DNA from: the human T2T-CHM13v2.0 reference genome, Homo sapiens
Direction: 5' to 3' (one strand)
DNA: 64,000 nucleotides
Assembly (NCBI RefSeq): GCF_009914755.1
Contig: NC_060945.1
Part shown: one piece after another, positions 56,549 through 64,000 of the stretch
Numbering within the stretch: the stretch's first letter is position 1
Layout: the number at the start of each line of letters is the position of its first letter
Program-made: the position numbers and the translations under genes
The notes under the pieces: generated by a model
The model's database searches: none
What the model saw: only the letters and a program-made list of their open reading frames with translations
What the model was told of the DNA's origin: nothing

Positions 56549-58074
56549 CCTCCTCCAACTGCTGCTGGTTGCTATCATAGGTTCTCACTGGGTGTCCACC
56601 TAACATGTCCCTTCAGGAAGGCTGGTGTCCTGACATTCGGTAGCGGAGGCCTGGTGTTGAGCTCACCTGCATTTCTGCCCCCTTCTCTGGCTTTCTGGGG
56701 ATGCCCTCCTCAACCTGAAAATGACTTCCAACTCCTCAGCACAGAAGTGGGCACGTGACCCAAGCAGGTCCAGGATTCCATAAGATCCCAAACACAAAGG
56801 ATCCTGTAATCCTGGGGCTCCAGTGGCCGTCTTGTTCCTTTTGGAGAACTAACCTATTGCAGAGAAAGTAGTAGAGCTAAAAGAAAGAGAAAGAATCCTG
56901 ATAGCATCTGTGACTCTGGATCCAGCTATCCATAAAGCGCCATACGCTAATGCGCTCAATTACCCAAGTCAATGAGTCCCCTTAGAAGCTTAAGCCAGTT
57001 TGATCTGAGTTTCTGCCACTTTCAGGAGGAAGAATCTTATTGGTATATTTTATAATAATCCGGCTGATATGCAAACTGTCTTCAATAGAATGCTCTGTCC
57101 AGAGTCACAGTGGAGTCCATCGCAACAAATAAGGTCAGACAGCTCACAGCTACAACTGGGCTCATGCCTTCCAAGTATCAAAGTCATAACAAACTTCCTC
57201 TGTGTGAGTCCACAAGGCATTCTTCCTCTGGGGGAATCACTCCCTTTCCATTGTCCTGATACTCTCTCTGTGGGGCTGTAGAGGAGTGCATGGCTTTTGC
57301 CCTACTTCCAAGCCTTCTCAGGGAACACAGCAGGGACAAAGAGCTGAAGGCTCAGCCTTGGCCATGGCCCATCAGGCCCACTGCAGGCTTCTCCTGGGAG
57401 AAGATCCAGAGCCTCGGGCTCTGGGCTCCCATATGCAGGGAGAACCTCCGACCACAGAAATTGGAAGGAGCTACCACTCCCTAGGAGACATCTTCCCTTG
57501 AGCTTTTTCAAGGGCTGAACAAACAGAGCCCACACTTGTTCACGGAATCCATGGGCCTCAGCACATCAGAGAGAGGAGAAGAAATTGACCCAGAGTGTAA
57601 CCCACCCCCATCTTCGGGCCCCACCAAGAATTGTCAGTGATGCCAGAGGAAGAGGCACCTAATTCAACAGATCAATGGAGACTCACATCACCCACAAGCA
57701 CCACTTATCTGCTATTTCATCCCACACCAGTACCTGATCATCAACCGTTGCAAACACTCATTGCTGTAATTGTATCATTAGTTTCAATCACAGCCAATTT
57801 GGGGCTGGCATGTGAATATCCTTTTCTGTTCCCACTGCTGATGAAATTTCAGAATTATAAGGTGAATGAAACCTAGTAGATTAAAGTAATTGTGAAACTG
57901 ATGCTAAAGAACAGTCCTGTTCCCCATGCCGCCTAAACATGTAATTTCAGACATCAAACAGAATCTTTAAGCTGAAATAAAATCTCTACTTAGTCTAGCA
58001 CCATTGTATTCTCTGTATGGGATGAAGGCAGCTCTTACCCCATCTATTAAGATTTATTATTAAAATTGCCTGGG

Positions 58075-58400
58075 GGCCGGGCGCGGTGGCTCACGCCTGT
58101 AATCCCAGCACTTTGGGAGGCCGAGGCGGGCGGATCACGAGGTCAGGAGATCGAGACCATCCTGGCTAACACGGTGAAACCCCGTCTCTACTAAAAATAC
58201 AAAAAATTAGCCAGGCGAGGTGGCGGGCGCCTGTAGTCCCAGCTACTCGGGAGGCTGAGGCAGGAGAATGGCGTGAACCCCAGGGGGCGGAGCCTGCAGT
58301 GAGCCGAGATTGCGCCACTGCACTCCAGCCTGGGCGACAGCGAGACTCCGTCTCAAAAATAAAATAAAATAAAATAAAATAAAATAAAATAAAATAAAAT
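58075..58400 (+). mobile_element. Young AluY (AluYe-like) with (TAAAA)n tail
   Basis: CpG-rich near-consensus body; TSD aaaattgcctggg at a canonical TT/AAAA site. Confidence 0.95.
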
Positions 58401-59229
58401 AAAATTGCCTGGGAATTAAAAAAATACATTTTTTCCCTTGGCAAAGTCAGCACCTAGCTATCTCAGTTAACTCTCTGGAGGAGAAAAAGGGGAACAGTGG
58501 TTGTGAAATTTGAGACTTGCAAGAGTGCCCAGGACTGCCTAGGCATAGACTAGACTGTTCCACCTAAATACTCCCATAGAAAATGCCCTAGGTGAAGTCT
58601 CCAGGTGTAGTTTTCAGAGCAACGCCCTCACCCAGTTCTTCAGGTTCCATAATACATTAGTGACCACACTAAATCTTAAAGTCCTTGCCATCAGTTGACA
58701 TAAAAGTCCAGTGAGAACTCTGGCCTTACCAGTGAAGACTAAGCCCCAAGAAAGCTGTGTGAGCTGTTGTATGTTGAGTCAGCCTCCAGCCAGTCTTCTA
58801 CCCATTGCTAGAATAACAAATCAAGTCTCCTCCTTCAACTGGGACTCATGTGATCGTCACCCTCCTTGAAAGACAGCCCTGTCCTAACCCCCTCCAGAGC
58901 TGCCACATCCCTGGTCCCCAAACAATCAAGTGAGGAGGGAAGGCTACTGGCCACCCACAAGGCCCTGAAAGTACAGCGTGTTGACTCAGGAATAATCCAA
59001 GCCTATGGCAGGAGGAACAGGACTTTATGGAAGCTGGGAGACTGAAGAAGGAGTCACCATGGCAACCAGCTCTCCAGCTTTCATTCTCCTCCCCATCACT
59101 TGATCCAGACATTCTCCTTCCAGATCATAAGGCCTGACATCCATCCACTTCCTATCATGTGGTCACAGGCAGATCTCTCTACCCACTGGCAAAAAGTGGG
59201 CTGATGGAAATGAGCATTGGGTGCATGGT

Positions 59230-59670
59230 GCTTGGACTGGGTTTCATAGTTATCGCTCCAAAATCCATGGCCTCTTCGGAACCTCAGAATGGGACCTTAT
59301 TTGGAAAAAGGGTCTTTACAGATGTAATGAGTTAGTATAACATCATTCTGAATCAAAGTGGGCCCTAAATCCAATGACTGGTGTCCTCTATAAGGAAAGA
59401 AAACAGAGACACAGAGACACACAGGGAAGAAGCCATGTGAAGGCCAACGCAGAGGTTGGAGGGATGGAGCAACAAGCCGAGGAATGCCAAGGACTGCAGC
59501 AACCACCAGGAGCTTGGAAGAGGCATAGAAGCTACTAGAAGGAGCCAATCCTGCCAACTCCTGGATTTCACATTTCTGATCTCCAGAACCGTGAGAGAAT
59601 ACATTTCTGGTGTTTTAAGCCAAGCTGTTTGTGGTGCTTACTAAGCCAGCCACAGGAAACACACACAGGG
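59230..59670 (+). mobile_element. MLT1B/C-like LTR
   Basis: aacctcagaatgggaccttatttggaaa...gcagccacaggaaac-like end. Confidence 0.82.
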
Positions 59671-61049
59671 CCACATGAACACTTCAAAATACAGCCATTG
59701 CGAAACCTGAAACCTGGAATCTAATTAGCCTGAACCAGCCATTAAAAGAAAAAGTGATGTATGCCTGATAACCATTCTCCATATTTTTATAAGGAGACAG
59801 AACCAGTAAGAAAAAGAACATAGATAAATTAATTCCCCCGTTTTACAAGATATTTATTTTACAAGTAACCTTCCAGGGAATTCCCTGGTATGAACAAATG
59901 CATGCATTATGAACCCATCCAATGATATTGAGTTCACTGCTGGAATCTGGGCAAAACACTGCAAGTTGCTCGGTGAAAACAGGTCCAATTGTGTTTGGTT
60001 TGCTCTAAGTCAGCTGCAGGGAGGCACTGCTCTGCCACAAGACAGGAGGGAGGAAAGCTGGGGAAATCAGATAGGTTTCCTTGTTGCAGGTGTGTTCAAA
60101 GGAGGGTTGGAGCATCTTCCACTGACTTCACCTCTATGAAGCTCCTCTCCTGTCTTCGTAGTGAGAACAGAGATGGCTGTAAGTCAAACACGCCCGGAAA
60201 AGGCATTCGTGGACCAGACCATCCATGCACTGTGTTAACTGACCACTTAGGGCGAGCAGCGTTACAGGCCTGTAGTTGTGGAGGCAGGAGCTACAGGGAC
60301 ATTTCTGATGTGGCTCCAGCCCTCCACGATGGTATGATCCAGTTGAACCCAGAATCCCAGCACATGTGGACCAGTCAGGAAGCAACTGACTGAGAGCGGT
60401 AGAGGACCCAAATTTCTTCGGAGGTATTTACTTCGTTGAGAAAACCCACAGGGCAGCTCCAATCCCACATCCCTGGCATCCTGTGGCTTATGGGCGTGGG
60501 GCCACTTGCCTGTTGGAGGCGTGATGCATGATCCCCAGTATTTGCTCTGCAAGGCCAGGCATGGGCTCACCGAGAAACAACCTCGCCTTTGTGTTGTCCT
60601 CCTCCTGGACAATCCATGGGACAGGCCGGCCCTTTGGAGGGCACTTCCTGGGCTGTCCATCCCTCACTGGGGAAGCAAGAAGGCTCTGGATTGCCTGCCC
60701 CCCAGCCACCTGATATGAGTTGGGCACAGGGAGTGGCATTAGCCTGGGGCATTAATCCCCTCTGGTAGATGTCCCAACAAACATGCACCAATCAGAGACA
60801 GGGGCAGGGCACCAGGGGAAACTGTAGTCTCCTTTGCTTTGAATCAGTTATTATGGAGGACTTTATCACAAACACAGAATTACATTCCCAAATATTCATT
60901 CTTTTCAACACAAAGCTTAAAAGGTATTGCAGTTTGAATTGTAGTTGAGACATGACTCTGTAGTACCCACTACTGCATAAGGTTCAAGTCCAAAATGATC
61001 CACAGTCTTTTTCTTCTTTAATATTTTCTCTTTTTCACTGAGATGTAAC

Positions 61050-62170
61050 ACTGTACCTTCTATTGTAGGTGCTCCAATCTCAGGTATACCATCCAATAAT
61101 GTCTTACATATGTCTACAGCCATGCAACTGCCTCCCAGAGCAACATCTCAGACATTTCCAGGCTCCAGCAGACTTCCTGATGTTCCTTCTCTTTCAATAC
61201 AAACCTCCAGTCCTACAGGTAACTGCTATTACAACTTCTAGTACCATGTGTTATTGAGCTTCATATAGATCGGAATTGTACAATGTGGGCTCCTTGAGAT
61301 CTGCTTTCTTCTGCTTAACGTTATGTCTGTAAAACATCTTTGCATGGGGCAACAGTTTATTTTTTCATTGCTATGTACTATTCCATTGAATGCATATGCC
61401 CCAATTTATTTAGTTCATCCTAACGTGGATGGGTATGTGTTGTTTTCTGTTTGGGACTATGATATATAAAGGTGCTAGGACCTTTCTCACACATGTCTCT
61501 TGGTGGCCACAGCCCTCGTTTCTTTTGAGAATATGCCCAGGAGTTTCTGGGGCATGGAAATATGTATGTTTAACTGTAGTAGACACCTCCAAACTCTTTT
61601 CCAAAACTGAACCAATTTACACTTCAACCATCAGTGTATGAGAGCTCTTGCTGTTACCCACCATTGTCAACACTTGTTGTTGTCAGTCCTTTTAATTTTA
61701 GCCTTTCTAATGGATGCATAATGGTATCTTACTGTGGGTGTAATTTGCATTTTCCTCTTGGCTGTAATACTGGGCATCTTCTTATGTGCTATTGGCCACT
61801 TGTATTTTCCTCTATTATGGGGGTCTCCGTGAATCACTCTATAAAGGGCCTGACAGTTAATATCTCTGGCTTTGGAGGTCATATGGTCTTGTCCCTACTA
61901 CTCAACTATGCTGTTGTCAAGCAAAAGCAGCCATGGGCAATGTGTGAATGAATGGGATTGGCTGTGTTCCAACACAGCTTATTTATAAAAACAGGCTGGG
62001 ATGGGAGGTGGATTTTGCTGGTGAGGCTTTAATTTGGTGACCCCTGCTATATTGTAATGTGCCTGCCCAAGACTTCTGCCCATTTTAAAATTAGGTTGTC
62101 TTTTTAATTTATTCATACAAGTTCTCTGTAAGTTCTAAATTCCAGTTTTATATTCTTAATCATTTATCAT
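61050..62170 (-). mobile_element. Old L1M fragment interrupted by a MER58A-like MITE (~61820-62047)
   Basis: L1 3' motifs; MER58A motifs (ctactcaactatgctgttgt...aaagcagccat...ggctgtgttccaa). Confidence 0.65.
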
Positions 62171-62250
62171 GTTTTGAAAATTAAAAAAAAAAACAGTTAT
62201 TATGTTGGACCATTCCTATAGCTTTTGCCCTGTGTTTCTACCATAGTCCC

Positions 62251-62661
62251 CTAAGAGATGAGATCACTCTTGTGAAAAGAGCTTCCTGCTGTTACCCAAG
62301 AGAGCTGTCTGCTGCCATCTTTGCCCCAGCATGACAGTGTGGCAGCCCAGCCCAGAGCACTGTGGCTCTGCTTGTAGCCTTGGGGAGTCCCACTGCCTAG
62401 ACCAGGCTGGGTGAAAATAGCCTGACTTCTTGGAATGGACACAGTTTTCAAAAGGAGCATAAATTTAGTCTGCCAATTCATGTATATGCCATGATGGTCA
62501 AAATTGAGGGATCTGGGCAAAGATTCCTTTTCCATTCTTAGCCAAATGCTTTCTAGGTTGGGCATCAGTTGATGGTGCAATTGAGAGGAAATTGCCCAAT
62601 TATTTTGTTGCTTCACTAACAAAATGCTTACTGTCTTTGCATTGTAAAATCTTTTTTTCAT
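62251..62661 (-). other. 136-codon ATG-initiated ORF in unique sequence, possibly in the terminal exon of a minus-strand lncRNA
   Basis: True ATG (cat at 62659-62661), no stop for 136 codons, minus-strand AATAAA (tttatt at 62108-62113) downstream; no recognisable domain. Confidence 0.35.
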
Positions 62662-64000
62662 TTATAAGCTCCCCAAGGGAGCAAAAGCCATGCACAGTGG
62701 TGTGCCAGGAGCCCTCATGATTGTTTTGCCTGTTATCTTATTTGAGCAAATATTAGTATCTCATTTTGCAGCAAGGAAACTGAGGGTCAGAGTAGTTACA
62801 TGAATTGATCGGGATCAAGAGATTAAATAATTGACCAAGCCAGAAATGTTTTACTCCAAAGTCCATGATCTTCCCCATGGGCCCATACTGTGGTTTCCCT
62901 TTCATATAGAGATGGGGCTGGAAGGGCCATTATTGAATATCTGGTCAAGTTCCCTCACTTGATGGATGAACGCTGAGATCTGGAAGGAGTCAACCAACTC
63001 ATCACCCAAGGTTCCCCCAACAAGCTAGCAGCAAAGCTTGGATGAGAACCCAGATTTCTAAGTTCAAAGTCTTCCTCACATCTTCCTTTATTTAAATAAT
63101 TTTGACTGTACTACATCAACCATAACACAAGCTATATAAAAACAGCAATTTGTTTTTCTAAGACTATACCTAGTGTCTGTAATAGCATCAAGCAATTGAG
63201 ATGTTCCATTTGTTGAATAAATGGATCGTAAGACAATAAGTAGTAGGTGGTTTGATTACATCCTGCAAAGAAGTTTTGATGCTCTTCCTACTTTTCACTC
63301 CCTCTTAAGTCTTCATTCAAGACAAAGAAGCTCATTGGATGCCCAATATCAGCCAAGACCAAAGGCCAAAAGGAAATGCACAACATCAAGCCTTTTTTTC
63401 TTGTTCAGTAATAAAATCTATAGCAATACTATAATTTGTTTCCTTTACAGATACTTTAATCAAAAAGAAACATATCAAAATATGGTAAATTCTGCTTGTT
63501 CATTCAAGTTATCCAATTGGCTTTAGAATGCCACTTATCCTTACTTTCAATTGTATTCATTTCCAAATATACAGCTTCTTAGAAATGTAGGGACACTATC
63601 CTCAGCCCTTAAATGTGGAATTTATCAACCCCTGTATTGTTTATTTTTGTGCAATTAGCAACATCACTTCTGGGGAAAAAAAAGGACTTTTGGGACTGAT
63701 AAATGTATTTGTGACATTTTCCTCTAAATATCTTGCTTCTTTATGCATCCTCTCATTTTATACTGAGCTTGGTCTAGGGGAAGTTCGGGTAAACAGATCT
63801 CTTATGAGTAATTAGTGTCCAATTAAGCCAAGGTTTCATGTCTGTGTGAGTCCAGCCTCTTTTTCCAACCTCTGGGAAGAATTAAGTAGGTCAGGTCTCT
63901 GTTTACAAAGCAAGCCCCAATGCTGTTGACTATCCAGGGGATTTTACAAGTTATTCCCAGTAGCTGAACCACTAGATAAAGCTACTCAAAAAATTTGTAT

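Overview
Primate (very probably human chr21q22) genomic DNA. Bases 1-~8.7 kb hold the last five exons of ETS2 on the + strand (C-terminal ~300 aa including the ETS DNA-binding domain) and its ~2 kb 3'UTR. The remaining ~55 kb is repeat-rich intergenic DNA (Alu, L1, MaLR LTRs, hAT/Tigger DNA transposons, L2/MIR). The least obvious content is a highly diverged, intronless MIA2/CTAGE5-derived retrocopy (TM + coiled coils, proline-rich tail apparently missing) at ~18.6-21.25 kb, with a second partial copy at ~41.1-42.1 kb; both sit inside an old local segmental duplication. Also found: a twin-primed 5'-inverted L1PA insertion, two apparent templated insertions copied from 1-3.5 kb away, a candidate NF-kB/C/EBP composite element downstream of ETS2, and a 136-codon ATG ORF on the minus strand near 62.5 kb. 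Repeat family names and homologies come from recalled consensus/protein sequences compared by eye, so repeat boundaries are approximate. No prokaryote-type systems (CRISPR etc.) are present.
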